A DNA stretch of 48,679 bases, the filler included, from Sphacelaria rigidula (lineage: Eukaryota): the NCBI GenBank assembly GCA_964200075.2. It is 2 parts of 2 records of this genome, joined end to end, with 100 filler letters (N's around TTAATTAATTAA, not from the genome) between each part and the next. Parts side by side here need not be neighbours in the genome. Positions count along the whole stretch, not along the records: positions 24,400 to 48,679 come from CAXNAA020000212.1; 1 more part is not named here. One strand, 5' to 3'. This document shows, one piece after another, positions 25,101-38,588 of the stretch. Numbering within the stretch: the stretch's first letter is position 1; every line of letters starts with the position of its first letter. The notes beneath the pieces were generated by a model, which was not told where the DNA came from, did no database searches, and worked only from the letters and a program-made list of their open reading frames with translations. The position numbers and the translations under genes were made by a program.

Positions 25101-26667
25101 GGCCAGGGGTATATCTATATCAGGCTCCACCTCGCGTAGACACGGAAACACCTGAAATACCCTCGTACACTCCGTAGCCATCGTTCAAGCCATGGCACGG
25201 TGCAAACGGCTCGATAAAGGACGAGGAACGTGTTTGTGCTGTCGTCAGCACGTCGCTGTTCTACACGCAGTAACTGCGCGTATCACCAGCATGTGCTCCC
25301 AAATACTTGAAGCTTTGTACCTTCAAGTCTTGAATCGCGTGGGCAAGACAGCAGCAGTAGCTCACAGGAATGCAACCATAATCTTACGGGAACGGCTAAG
25401 GGCCAGGTGCAGGCGATGGTAGCACTCGATTTGTGTGCGTGCTTCGCTTAGCGGCAGCGTTGCAGACAACGTGGTACTTTTGAAACCCACAGTATTGTCA
25501 CGATTTTACGCAGGTTACAGGTAGCTTTACGATGTGAGTACAGCAGCATACAATACTGTATTCATCAGACAACAGATAAATGCGCACGTTGTTGACCTAA
25601 TTTGCGTTGTACTGCATAAACGGCATAAACCCGGCTACTGCATGTCCTGGGACTGGTGTTACAAACCTCATAATACACGCTGTATGTACAATCCCCGCCG
25701 CTTGTTTAACCCGTCGTATAAGTGCGGATAAAATGTACCAGCGGACACCTGCTCGTGCAAGGCGGCTCCATGAGTCCACACTTTCTCCGTGGCGAGGGTG
25801 GAGCCGCGAAGAAGATTACTACCCTACCCTAGTCCACGAGTAGGAACGGTGCTCCGTCTCGAAAGGGATGCGTGGTCAATGGTCACACGACTAAGGCGAG
25901 CAATAAATGAGTACGCCCCTCCCCCCTAGTCCACGACTCGACGGCACCGTGATGGGGCTCCCGCGCTGTACTGGGGCAACGGATGAAGTGCAAGCTGTAC
26001 TGTACAACGTGCGGTGACAGTAGCGCTGGCGCAAGTGGTCATGTCCACGAATATAGGGTCAGTCCGCAAGATTGCACTGACGTCGAACACCAGGAGTCGC
26101 GTTCATAGCTCAAGGCTGGTTGTGCGTTTGTACCTGCTCTGCCCTACCGTGCCCTCATCAAGAACTTTCACTGCCTCGTTTCCTCTATCCTCCTCCCCAT
26201 TCCTCTCCCTCTTTACCCGTGCAATGTCCCTCCTGATGTATGAAGTGGCAGTGCGGTGCCTCACGCCAGTAGGCCTCGTGGGAGATATCTTATACCCGAA
26301 AGGGCATTGACGAAATGGACGATAAGCTGCGATCTATTCACCTCACGGTTTACTTTTTTTTCGGTTGAGATAAGAGGGCGTACGGTTCAGCGCACGGCCT
26401 TTTGCACCTGAAACCATGTTGCAGAGGCCGGCCATGTTTTTGTGTTTGTTCTGTCCCTGTTTTGCTTTTGATCCTGTGCTTATTATTCCAGCCAACTCAT
26501 GAACATGAAAACCGTCATGTACTTGCCACATCATTACCGCTGAGCACAGATGAACGCACGAGTGCAACAGCAAACAGCAAGTGAATTTGTCACGGATCGC
26601 CTGCGAAAATGTCGGGAATGTGTCGAGAGCTCTGACGAGAAATATCCACAACTCACCAGATTTCACC

Positions 26668-27869
26668 ATAAATTCTGTAGTCAGACTGGAAGGGTCCAAC
26701 GCTATGCTCTTCTCACTAACTGCATACTCGTACAGGGGGACCTGCGTGGAATGGCCGGACGCGACACGGACGAAGTGAATCAATCAACAGTCAATCTCCG
26801 TGAAGGATCGCGATCGATCACCTGGGTTAGTAAGCTACCGACACCAAGAGCTGCGTAGAGGTGCTCGCTGCTCGAAACGATGTCGGCCATGCCCACAAAA
26901 TGAGAAATTATCGTAGTTGCACTCACGATTGCCTCGCACATGTACTCCTTGACAGTCTTATCCCTGCGGCGATTTTTTGGTAGCCCTCTCCTTTGCCACG
27001 GGCCACGGAATAAAGGGTCTGCCGGGAGAAGAAATCTGGACGCGTAGCCCACCCCACCCCACCTCCCCTCCCGGAGAGCAAGTTTTCGAAAATTGTCATG
27101 ATTTTCGTTCGATTTTTTTGTTCAAAAATATTGAACAACCACTCAAATCGGTCAGTCAATTGCGCCGCTCTTGCTCGCTCGCCAATGTTTTGCTGACCTC
27201 ATGGCCCAAGGAGTGGATTGATTGATGATAGAAGGTTGGGGAATAAAAGGTTTGGTTGGTGTTTGGATTATTGTTTCACCTCGTACTATTTTGTACTCCC
27301 TCTGACCGAGAGTATAAACAAGATTTGGATTTCCGGCAACATACGCAAGGTTTCCATGATATTGAGAGAAGGGTGCCATTTGGGCACGGTGGACGTCGGA
27401 CAACTTTGCCATACGATCACGTATCACATTGGAGAGCGAAAAAATAAAATCCGCTCAATGGGGGGGGGGGGAATGGTGCGTTACTATCCCCTGATCCGGG
27501 AAATGGCGGATATCTGGCGTAGTAACGTACCCAGCGACGTGGCAAACAGACTGCATGCCAAGTTTGATAGGGGTACTCCGAAGAGCTGAAGTTGGGTTAG
27601 ACATCAGATGCGAAAGAACAAGTGCCGCGTCGAAAAGTGAGGGGAAAGTTTATTTTCATCCCCGGGTTGGCGTAATCATAGAAAACGCCGCCGAACCCCT
27701 TCCTTGCTGCCGGCGAGCAAATGGCGAACCACCTCTTCTCTCTCCGAAGCGTTGAAATTCTTGCGTTTCTGTCCCTGAGAATCACTCTCGGCAGCGGACA
27801 TGTCTCACCAGCAGATGGGAAGGCGTTTGGCCGGAGCTTCAAAGTTGGGGTGGTGAAATCGGGCACCGT
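26668..27869 (-). CDS. Candidate short exons of an unresolved minus-strand gene
   Basis: AG...GT-bounded open segments: ~27869-27809 (TVPDFTTPTLKLRPNAFPSA), ~26963-26927 (DKTVKEYMCEAI), ~26741-26668 (VPLYEYAVSEKSIALDPSSLTTEFM). No family recognised. The link to the LRR exon crosses an assembly gap. Confidence 0.3.
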
Positions 27870-30292
27870 CTGCTGGGGTGGAACACACTTTTTTTATGTG
27901 GTTTGAAAAAAGCAGCAGTTCTGCGAGCTGCGCGCCAGCGCGGTGGAACTAACAAAAAAAACTGTTAGGAAAAAGAGTTCTGCACACCCGAGTTAGACCG
28001 CTTTTTGTCCAAATCTTGCTTCTCGGTCAGAAGTAGTATAATTTATTTAGAATAATTTGTTTGCTTGTTGATTTAATAAAAATAGGTTGGGTTTGTTGGA
28101 TGGGCTGAATTATTATTTTTTGGAAAAGAGGAACACAATATGATCAAGAAGCACTGACAAAAATCGGAAGGTGTGGCGGGCTTGTGCCGTTCGTATATTT
28201 GCTTCCGCTCCTCGCGCGCTCTGTCCCGATGACCTCGGATGCCGGCCATGCTTAAACAAATGTATGCACACGAGCGCACCGTAGCGACAGCGTGTAGCCA
28301 AAGTAGCAACGTTGTCTCACGCATGCCTTGCCAAGCATGCCCAGGCTGATGGTGGGTACTCGAAGCACTCGCCATGAAACCCGATCCCATGATTGTAATC
28401 AAGGTAAGTGATCTCTTATGTGGCGAACGTTGGCCCTACGTGGCGGTCTCCTAGCCGAGGTCCTGTGTACACAGCAGCTGACTGCATCCGCCAACGCCTC
28501 GACTATAAAGTAGGGGACAACAGGCTAGGTGTCGCCGCCCCCGCGCCACCAACCCCCCTCACAAACTCCAATTTTCCGTCTCGGGGCCTACATGCCCAGA
28601 ACTTTTCTCTCGGCAGACCCTTGGTAGATGGACACCTTGAAAACGTGCACGTGCTTCTTCCCTTCATGACGTTTTTCGTTTCTGTTCCCAAATTGGGAAT
28701 TGGGCACACGCATAATTCAGCAGTGCGCTTGTTCCATGGGGTTAGGGGCACGCACAGCCCCTATACTGTACTGCACATATTTTACTGTACTTCATACAGA
28801 TATATGATTTTGCTGCTCTTGATGATAATGATTCTCTTGGGCCCTTGCGCTGCTTGCATGACACCCGGTGATGACACGGTGTGACGAGATGTGGAATGTG
28901 GACGTGCGCCCCAAGCCATTTGGCATGAAACATATTTTCCCCCTTGTCGCAGAAGATGGAAAATGGAAAACCGCATTGAATTTTTCCAAAGTTCACCTAT
29001 CCTTGAGAGCGGCCCTTAAAAGGTTGCGCAAAAACAGAGCAAGCGCGCCTCACTCGTGCTGCGAAACCGGGTAGGAAGGTCACCCGGAACTATTGACTAT
29101 ATCCGATGTGAACTCTTTGGGAATCGATGTCCTTTAGGCTGTGTGAAGCCGGCTCACGCAACCGCATGAGCATAATTTTTGTTGAAGGCGAGTAGTTTTC
29201 CCAATGAACACTAACAACCAGATTTCTATATTAGAGTCCATGCGACCTCACCTGTACATGCTCGCAATTGCCTGGATTTGAGAGATCCATGTCGTCTGAG
29301 CGCGTGCGTCTTCACATCATCGATTTGTTTCTCCACATTCGTTCAAAACAACGGCCGGAAACATGAACCGCAACTCTTGGAGCAGATTACAGTTTCGTTC
29401 ATGAAAACTCAGGCTTCTTGAAATGTAGTTTTCAGGCACCAATAATAGCTGCGAACGGGGAGTCAATAAATGTTGACAATGGAGTACACACTTCTAGTGT
29501 AGCAGGCTCTGATGGTTCGCTAACCCGAGGCTATTGGGTCTGCTATCAGAGGATCTTTTTCGCGTCCTGAGTAGTGAGCGAGCCCAAACAATCCCTAGCA
29601 GTAGACAAAACGTCGAAGTACCCGATTCATCGTTCTGAGGTCCTTTGAGGAAACTGTCGTTTGCACTGTTAGGGGTACTAATCGGGGCCGAAATATATAG
29701 GAAAGTTTGCAAAGTGTGTGTAGGATCTTCCTGTTGGAAAACCGCTCAAGCCAATGAGAGGAGAATGATCCGCCCAGTCGAACGGCAAAGAAGCGAATGG
29801 GCCGCCCGGTCAGTTGGGAAAGAAGTGCAGAAGGCCATCTGCACCCATGACACGCATACCTCCCTGCTGCATTACATCGCCCGTTCGGTCTGTTCATCAT
29901 TCATTTTTCATCAAAACTGTGACAATACAACACAGATGACCCACCCTGGGGGTCCCCGTCTGTATCGGTCGAGGCAGAGCAGATCGAAAACGCACCACTA
30001 TGCGATATTTTCTTCGACACATTAAAAATCCAATCTATTTCACTACCAAGGTACGCCCCCCTCGCGCTACAGATACCCGCTGCAGTCATTACACAACGGT
30101 AGAATAAATACATAGCGATAAGAAATCCCCCATCCCCCTCACCGCCGTGTAGCTGTACAAAAAATAGTCAAAACGGCATGTGATTCGACGGCGGAGGCAT
30201 CCTCACTATCGATAACCGAAGCGGCCAAGCAAAAAAATATACGAAGGACGGGGAAAATTGCCGAGATACTCTCTCCTCTCCTGTTCCACTCG

Positions 30293-33200
30293 TCATGATA
30301 TAACACATGCTCCCGATTGCGCATTTGGATCCCCTAGCTCCTTTAATAACGCGCACACGGCCTGCGGCAAATGAATCCAGCACGAGTAGCAGGGAAGGCG
30401 GGGGATATGCGTACAGTCCGTCGTGACACAATGAATTCCTGAATATTGATAGGAAAGAAACAAATATTTCACAGCTGATAAGAGCAAAGAGCACAATATT
30501 GATCAGTGCCAGGTAAGCTGCAAGCATTTCCCGTTCGGCTTTACAGGATTTTGCTTAGATGTGAAGCGACTTCAACATTTTGTGAGGTCTGAAATCTACG
30601 AGTTGCGCGTCTGCAACGTGAGCGTCCCATGTAAAACTGCATGTGATCTACATTTAGGGGATCGAGTGAGGATCGTCAACATGACAGAGGGAGTGCGTAC
30701 GACATGATCGAAGATGCTGTCCAGAAAACTTCACTGTCATACGTGGTTTTGGGCTCGGAGGATCTCGAAAAAGCCCTGCCTGCTGCTTAAGGGCTTCGAA
30801 ACATGCAAGGAGCGATCCAAATGGTAAATATTCACCGAATACCGTACGTTCGAGGGTACTGATAAAAGCCCCAAAGAATTGAATTTGTTGGCAGGCGGCA
30901 TGTCCTCGATGATGTGCCCCGAGTTGATCGTTTTTGTCACCTCTGCTACCAGTGGAGCGCGATTCCAGCTTCTCCGTCCATGAAATGAGACGAGGAAAAG
31001 GCAAATATTGAAGCCAAGGTAGACGTGGATATACATGAGTAGACGAAAGAGCACAGACCTTGGGATGCGGATGCAACTGTTGGGTCAATATGCGGTTCGC
31101 TCACATCGAAATGGTACGTGCTTTCATTCTCCCTGTCAAACGAGTTCTTCGGTGCACCAAGTTTGTATTCATGGACATCAGTCGCGCTCGGGCGCTTTGG
31201 AATAATATGGCCCACGTCTGGGGGCCCACCCACCAAAATACAAACTAGCCACCGATATTCGAACAAGTGATGATCCTGCTCGTTCTCCGATGCTGAGGGA
31301 GATGGCGGAGACACGAGTACACTGATAAGTTTTCAAGGGCGAAGTTATACCGCACCCTTTTTCAGACAAGAAGCACTTGCATCAGAGGAGATGCTCTGCA
31401 AAGCAGATTGCCTAGACATGGTGCAGTGGAGGGGTCGCTACGATTGTCTCCTCGCTGGCCGCTTGGTGTCACCGCAGCAGCAGCTTGTGTCACCCACACC
31501 TAAGCTGTCTCATGTTCGGGTCTTTGGTTGCGCCGCGCGTTTCAACGCATCTTGACACGCCAGCGGTCCATTTTTTTATCTTCGTTCTTGTTGCGCCTTC
31601 CAACTTGTTTTGACATGGATTTCACCGAGGGCCACCCCGATGGTTGGTGGCCGAGCGGTTCACAAGCGACGTGGCTGGTGCTCGAGCTGTTCAAAACTGA
31701 CGCTTCGAGCGACTTTCCGAGCGTTCCGAAGTGTCGACATGAGGCATATTTTCGGACAAAAGGGGAGGAACTGGTGGACAAACCGAGGTAGAACATAAAC
31801 TTAGCAGAGATGCGAGGTCATATCCCCCAAATGGTGGGCAAACTGGGGGTACTCGATGACACCGTTCAGCGCCGCGGCAGTGTTAGCCCCAGAAAGTGCC
31901 CGAACCCGGACAACCTTGGTGCTTGTGCTCTGCATAAGTTGTGAGCGCAATGCCAGCGCAGTAGAACCGAATATGAGGCAGGCTAGGGTACGCGCGGGCA
32001 TGTCGCGCGCACCTGTGTTCCTGATCCACCCTTGTCTGAAAAAGGGGTGGGTACACCCCGTTTTGACTTTTCCCCCTTTTTCAAGGCAAAGCAAGGTTCT
32101 CTTCGCGAGAGACGACCTTCTGGTTTGGACGACAGCGTTTTTCATGAGCGGAAAAAAAGGCTTCTATCGTATTCCCTGGAAAACCGGGAGGAGCTCTTTC
32201 TTGGGGGGCGGACGGAAACTTGGTACTGTGGCTCTGATTTTCAGACGCGACCTTGGCCAGCAACGTCCAAATTTCGTTCATAAATTGAAGCACGAGAGAA
32301 GTCGAAACGTTGAAGAGGGACAAAAGACCAAAGTGAAACCAACAGAACCGGCACTATTTATTGACTGTGGCGTACGTACCTTATGTTGACCGGCCGCGGC
32401 CAATTCGAACGCCGTCTTCTCCGCATTATCCTTGGTGTTACACATTTCTTCAAGCTTCCCCGCTGCAGTAGCCTTTTCCATCAGCAATCGAACAACTTCC
32501 ACGCGCCCCCCCTCACACGCGGCCGTGAACGGTGTCGTCCCGCTAGACGTTGCGGCAAAAAGGTTTGTACCCTATTTGTATCAGCGTTCAACGGTCAAGG
32601 TTTGGGGGAGAGGGAGGGGGGGGGAGGAGGAGAGGCGTACTCACTTGTTGCCTGCCTTAGTCGTTCGACCATTGACCACGCATCCCTTTCGCGACGGAGC
32701 GGTTGAGGTCGGGGGGTCAGTTATGTTCTACGCCGGTGGAAAGCGCTTACGAATAGAAATATTTATCTTATAGGTGCGGATCCAGCAATGCACATGCCGG
32801 GAACGATCATCGAAGCTTGCTTCGAGTTTGCTATGAAGATTGACCTCGAGTCAACTTTGGCATCGTTTCAGACGAGACGTGCTTTTACCCCGGAGACTAT
32901 CTACCTCTCTCCCCCTGCCTTCGTGTAGTCGTTTCTGCAGACAGGCAACAGTCACGATCGACGCGCGAATCAAAACCTGTTGCGTCTTGATCGTGTTGTA
33001 GATCCCTCTCCCGCATCTACATCCTCGACGAAGTGCGCATGAGCTCGTGACGACCCCGTAGAGCGACGTACGATTTCAACGGCACGCGGCATCGATAGTA
33101 GACTATGAGGTGCATCTCGACTTACTAATCACGAGCCCTTTCGTTGTCGGCCGTCACCTTCCCAAGTAAAATATCTGTGGCCTCTTTGTGCCCACTGATG

Positions 33201-33305
33201 GCCGCCCAGTGAAGTGCTGTCCGTCCACTCTTATCGGTCTGATCTACGGGCGCTCCCTTCTCAATTAAGTAGTTCATGATGTCCACATGATTTCCGCCAG
33301 CGGCC
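30293..33305 (-). CDS. Small ankyrin-repeat protein with C-terminal CaaX motif (3' exons only; 5' exon(s) not located)
   Basis: Exon 33305-33158 gives (R)AAGGNHVDIMNYLIEKGAPVDQTDKSGRTALHWAAISGHKEATDILLGK. Exon 32571-32380 gives GTNLFAATSSGTTPFTAACEGGRVEVVRLLMEK...KDNAEKTAFELAAAGQHK. Exon 30361-30293 gives AVCALLKELGDPNAQSGACVIS*. Boundaries are GT-AG with phases 0/0, and the ankyrin motif GRTALHWAA..GH is clear. Confidence 0.85.
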
Positions 33306-35370
33306 CTGGACGACCAGCAAAAAAACACCAGGCGTTGAAACGCGAATTATCCATCGGAGGTTGAGTTGTTTAGGAGGTCAACGATGAAGGAAAGGTGGAA
33401 TGGTGTCGTTGCATTCATAAATCTTTGCCTGCGGGCTTGTCACCCTCGACAGCGAAGTTGGCACGTGGGAATTCACGTATTGTGCCAGCGCGTCGCGTCA
33501 TATTGGAGTATGCCAATGCCCCTGTAGCGCATCCCACACTTGTTTCGCGTTCAAAGAGGTACGTGTCCGGGGTTACGTGCTTCAGGCAGCAGAGAAGAGA
33601 GAGGGCGCACGGGTTGGGGACGCGTGGTAATGTTATACTAAGTCCATCGTCTGAGCAAAGCACACGCCATCTATGGCTTGCTGGTGGTTCACATTCCGCA
33701 GTCATGTTCCAACGTGTCCACTAGTTGGGGGAGAAAGCAGTGTCACGACTGATGTAGAGTAACATTGTAACACGCGAGGAAACAGCCTGATATAACGCAC
33801 GCAATCACAACTACTCCACTACACCGCCGTAGACAACTCATTCTTTTACGTCCCCGACGATCTCCGACTCAGTTCCACCACTCACAGCGCACGAACGAGG
33901 GGTATTGCTACTGCGCGCATAAACAGAGCTTTCTAGCCGATCTCAGGGCAGGAGGCCAAAATGCGTCGCCGAAGCAAACAATGCGGACATTGATACATGC
34001 CACAAAACGTAGGTTCCATGCAACCGTGCAAGCACCTAAGAGTGCACCGCGCGCTCTGATCGATCATCCGGGCGTTTTCGTCATTTGTTTCGCACTAAAG
34101 CAGCCTACTGGCGGCAGCTAGCGGAAGGTTTGCTATAAGCATCAAGACTACTTGAGTCGTTCTGAATCGTTCTGAGCTTTGGTGTGTGTGTCGTCGACAT
34201 GAAGCAACAAACAGTGACACCTCCTTCGACCCCCAGCTCGATACCGTTAGAAACCTGTGGTCAAGACAGATACCAAGGAGACGCCTAAAATCATATATGG
34301 GATTTCCAAGCCCTTAGGAATGCACACAAGTTGGATTTGTCACCCAAGCTTCGAGAGTTAGGACTTGGAAAACTGAGGACAGGACCGATTTGATCAGTTG
34401 AAGCGCACCATCAGTGCAGTTGCTGTTGCTTGTTTCTGAGGCGAAGGCCAGTCTCAATTTCGGGATTTAATTCAAATGGGCCTCCTTCCAAAAAACACGG
34501 AGTAATACAAGGAAACGATAATGACGGCTTTCGAGTGATCGATTGGCTCCTTTCTCCGATTTCTCGGGTCCTAACTCGCGAAGGCCGAGCGGGAAATCTC
34601 TCGAGATCCTTCTTGACCTTCTTCACGGGGACCATGTTTCCCCGAAATCCTAGTTTGACATCACTTGTACAAGCTTGTGGCGGTGTCGTAACAGCTGTTT
34701 TCGGCAGAGGAACAAGACCGGCAAAGCAGAGATTGTTGCCACGTATACTCCGTGTGCCATCATTCGTCGTGCATAGGTCACGTACAGCAGCACATGTCGT
34801 CGTGGATGTACGAAGATTTCAGTGCACACGTTAGAATTATACATGAAGCAAGAAACATGAAGCCGCATTTCTCAAATATAGCACAAGGTTGCTAAACGCC
34901 TGTTGTCCGAAAGCTATAGATCTGAACAACTCATGCTACCCATCTATGTTCGTCTAGCGCCCACCTACGCCTGCAATGAATGCCCTCCACAATCTTCTGG
35001 CATTGTCAGCACGGGGCGGTCAATTGATTCAACATACGACTGCGCTCAATCAACATGATTCTATTTCCGTGGTTCCGCCATCACCTCAGCTCTGAAATCC
35101 ACGGCAAGGATACATCTCGTCAGGATTTGAAAGGCTTGCGCTGTGCGTCTCAGCTACACGAAGTAAGTGGAGCTATCTCAGTAGGTATTGTGTGAGTGGA
35201 TGAATCGCTAACTCTGTGTGGGGTGTTTACGCATGGGGGATACGGTCGAAAGTTGATATGATAAGCTCAACGATTTCATCGCAAATTACTTTCTTTCCTC
35301 GTGGATCATACTTTTCTTTGGGGTAGCGTTGTTTAGTTTGATTTTTTCTTGTACGTAGGTTGGAAATCAT

Positions 35371-35590
35371 CAGGGTCTTACACGTTACACGTTCACGTTT
35401 CACGTTTCACGTTTCACGTCAAAAGTATAGCCAGGCTAGTAATGCGGTGGGGGACGGGGACCACGTGGGGAGCTATGTTCAAAAATCAACTGAAATCAGG
35501 GCTCCGGACTTTGTCCTCCACCGTATTACTAGCCTAGCTTAACTTTTGACGTGAAGCGTGAAACTTGAACGTGCAACGTGTAGGGCCCTG
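35371..35590. mobile_element. hAT-type MITE (220 bp)
   Basis: Termini CAGGGTCTTACACGTT...AACGTGTAGGGCCCTG with ~80-bp imperfect TIRs and subterminal TTCACGT repeats. Perfect 8-bp TSD GAAATCAT at 35363-35370 and 35591-35598. Confidence 0.9.
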
Positions 35591-37439
35591 GAAATCATGG
35601 TGTTTATGTACTTACCCGATACTGGTGCAGGGTTGCTCGATCTTCCTTTTCTTTTCGAAATTCAGAAATCACCGCACAGTAGTCAAGTCAGTGTGTTCGA
35701 CACAGGCTGTTCCAAGTCAAGGACCGAGTAGTGGCATGGTATCTGTAAGTTTGCCCGACGTCTGCCCCTTCCTTTACTTCACAGCACGAACGTAGCCCGG
35801 CCAAACCCCTCGCAAACGAATGCTCATGACTCTTGCATCAAGTTTTTTTTTCGTTGTCTTTACCCCTTGACCGCGCCCTCGCGCAAGATCACTCATTATC
35901 GCCTATAGGCAGCGGAGCCGTACGTCTATTTTCGTGAATAAGTAGGCGTTTCCTTTACATCGCATTGTGCGTAGGAGAACCCCTGAACAGGTTGTTTGAG
36001 CCACGTCAAGTTTACGTACGAAAAGTCAAGTTTACGTTTGACTTCGTTGAGCCATTGTCGTCGGATGCATGATTTCATGCTCTGGAATTGGTGCCCGCTG
36101 GTAGCCACTACTGCTGCGGTATCCATAAACTATCTGCCTATGCTTCCGCAATCTCGGGACTTTCGACCAGGCGCTGGGACACATCTAGAATTTTTTCATC
36201 CTGCACGCATGTGACGTTCTCTAAAATATATTTTTTCTGTACCCTTGCTGCTGTATCACGCATACAAAAATGTGTATCAGCGACGGAATTCAACGGTACA
36301 GAACAGCCATCACTGTGCCATCGCTTTTCACTGCACCCTTTCTATTGCACCTCGTTTCTCGCTATACTCGATGGTCGAGCAGGCGAACAGATCGCAGCGA
36401 CTGCACGAAGAGCAAAACGCATGTCACTATTATGTGTGCTTCAATAGTTGAGGGACCGTCACAGTAACAGTGAAATGTGCCTCGACCGCCGCGTGGGCGG
36501 CACTGGGCGATTTCTAGGGAAGCATAGTAAATCATTCAACAAGCTTAACCATCAAAATGATGAACCCACTTCCTTCAGGCCTATTGCCCGATCTCGACAA
36601 TTCCTGAAAACGTACATGATTGATCGTGAGAACTTTCTTCAACGATCTACGAACCTACTTCCCCCCCTCGAAAAAGGCCCTTTCCTCAAGTCCCTGAACT
36701 GTTAGCCGTCGACACCGGTTCGAGACAAAGCCGGCGGTCAATGGCTCAATATATTGCGAAGTATGAGGTTGTTCTTCATTGATTGTCAGTTCAACGCTAC
36801 CCAGAAAAAGATAGAAAGTAGATCCCGAAGTACCGGCATGTCTAGGTCTCCTCGGTCTAGTGCATGGCCGTGGCGTCGGTTACAGCCGTTACTCCTGTCT
36901 CAACATGCGGCGTCATTCACACGCAAAACTCAATACACAGCGAGAAGGAGGCGCAGCTGGCTGAAGTCACGTCTTGTCACGGTGGAGGCCTTGCTGATAA
37001 ACATAGTCTCCCCCAAAACGGCATCGGGGTGATCAGGATGTAAAAGAAAAAGTGTGTCGGGTATTGTTCACAGCCGTGGATGTCAGGGCCACGAGTCAAC
37101 TTCATGACAGTTCTCGTCGTTTCTAGGAATATATCGTCACACACAGGCTGTGCATCGGTAGCAATAAGCGACAAAATACATATCGGCGAGCATAGTGAGC
37201 ATCTAGGCGAAGCTGAGGGAGCGCGCTTCGCGAACGCCAATCACCACACACACACCCGACTGGTGAAGGGGGCCCGCTTGAGGTCCCGCCGGAGAAAGGA
37301 AAAATGCGACGTTTTCGCTCCATATCTCATCAAAATTACTCCAAAGTGCGCCATCAAAACTGGTGATGTACAGGCAGCCGAACTCAACGAAAAATGTTAC
37401 CACATCATTTCTACGGCTCACTCGAGATGACCATGCGAG

Positions 37440-37689
37440 GACACTTTCTACGATAGCCCCCCCCCCCCCAAAAGTGCCTGGTTTGGGGAGGCAAAAACTT
37501 AACGTATATCGAGGTGGAAAAAGCCGAGCACAAAGAGGAGCTGGGGATTCCCACGCTTGGGTTCGTTCTCGCCAATGCCGCCCATATGAGGCGCTTCGTG
37601 AAGCCTGAACCCATACACCAGGCGCTGTATGGCCATTTTTTTGTGACACTTTCGGGCTGGTTTGGGGGAGGGCTATCGTAGAAAGTGTC
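37440..37689. mobile_element. MITE with ~25-bp TIRs and apparent 4-bp TSD (superfamily unclear)
   Basis: GACACTTTCTACGATAGCCC...GGGCTATCGTAGAAAGTGTC flanked on both sides by CGAG (37436-37439, 37690-37693). Confidence 0.75.
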
Positions 37690-38588
37690 CGAGGAAACTG
37701 GCGGTTCTGTCTGTTGACAAGAGGGACTGGATCTGTTGACAAGAGGGTATGAGCGTGCACATTCGGTGAAGAACCAACCTCACTGCCGTGTGCTTTTCAG
37801 TTTGTTGTGTGAAAAAGAGCTTATTTCATCGGAGAACCCACACACCACACACCGACAAGCAGATCTTACTGCGCTCACGTGCTCAACCAAAATATCTACG
37901 GACTACCGGTGGTGCTGAATAACACGCCACTACGCCAGAGGATTCCGTGCTGTGTGCGAGCATCCGCCAACTGCCTGTCAAACACCAAGCACTAAGCACC
38001 ACACCCCACACACCACACAGCGTTGAAACTGTATGCGAGTATGGACTTCTTGAGCTCTGGCTTGACTCTCGTAACTTTTATGTCTACTTTGGTTTGCAGA
38101 GGTCCACCGCAGGCAGGGGCCGCATCCTGCTGCACACTCTCTTCATCGTCGGAGGTCATTGAGAGCTACAGGGGTGCGTAGTTGTGGTCCACAGCTGGAA
38201 TGTGAACGCGCCTGGGCGTCTGTGTGCTGTGTCGTAGTGCGAAGCACGGCACTGCCAACAAACTCCCCATTTCCCAGATTTTCACTCACTTATACTCTGT
38301 ATAACACCCCCCAAAAGAAGGAGTGTCGGTCAAGCTATCGCTTCGACCTTTTTATATTTGGCACAATACATGTATATATACATATCGATAGCATCAAGTG
38401 TATCGGTAACCGTACATAGCCCTACACCATACACTGTGAATTGTACAGAGGGCCTGATATCGGCGTGTGGGTGGAAAGAAGGCCGTTTCAGCCATCCTGA
38501 CGTTAGTCAGAGCGTCGTTATGCCTCTCATGTTATTGATCAGCGCTTTGTCATACACACGAAATACAGTCGTAGGTCTTGTACAGTAT

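Noticed and set aside
28670-28700. NLGTETKNVMK similarity to LLGTETNVNMK at ~46310
   Set aside because: The flanking blocks of the repeat unit are absent, so this is probably chance.
34035-34095. Candidate upstream ankyrin exon (CETNDENARMIDQSARCTLR)
   Set aside because: The phase fits, but it lacks the expected TPLH-type ankyrin motif and has weak splice sites.
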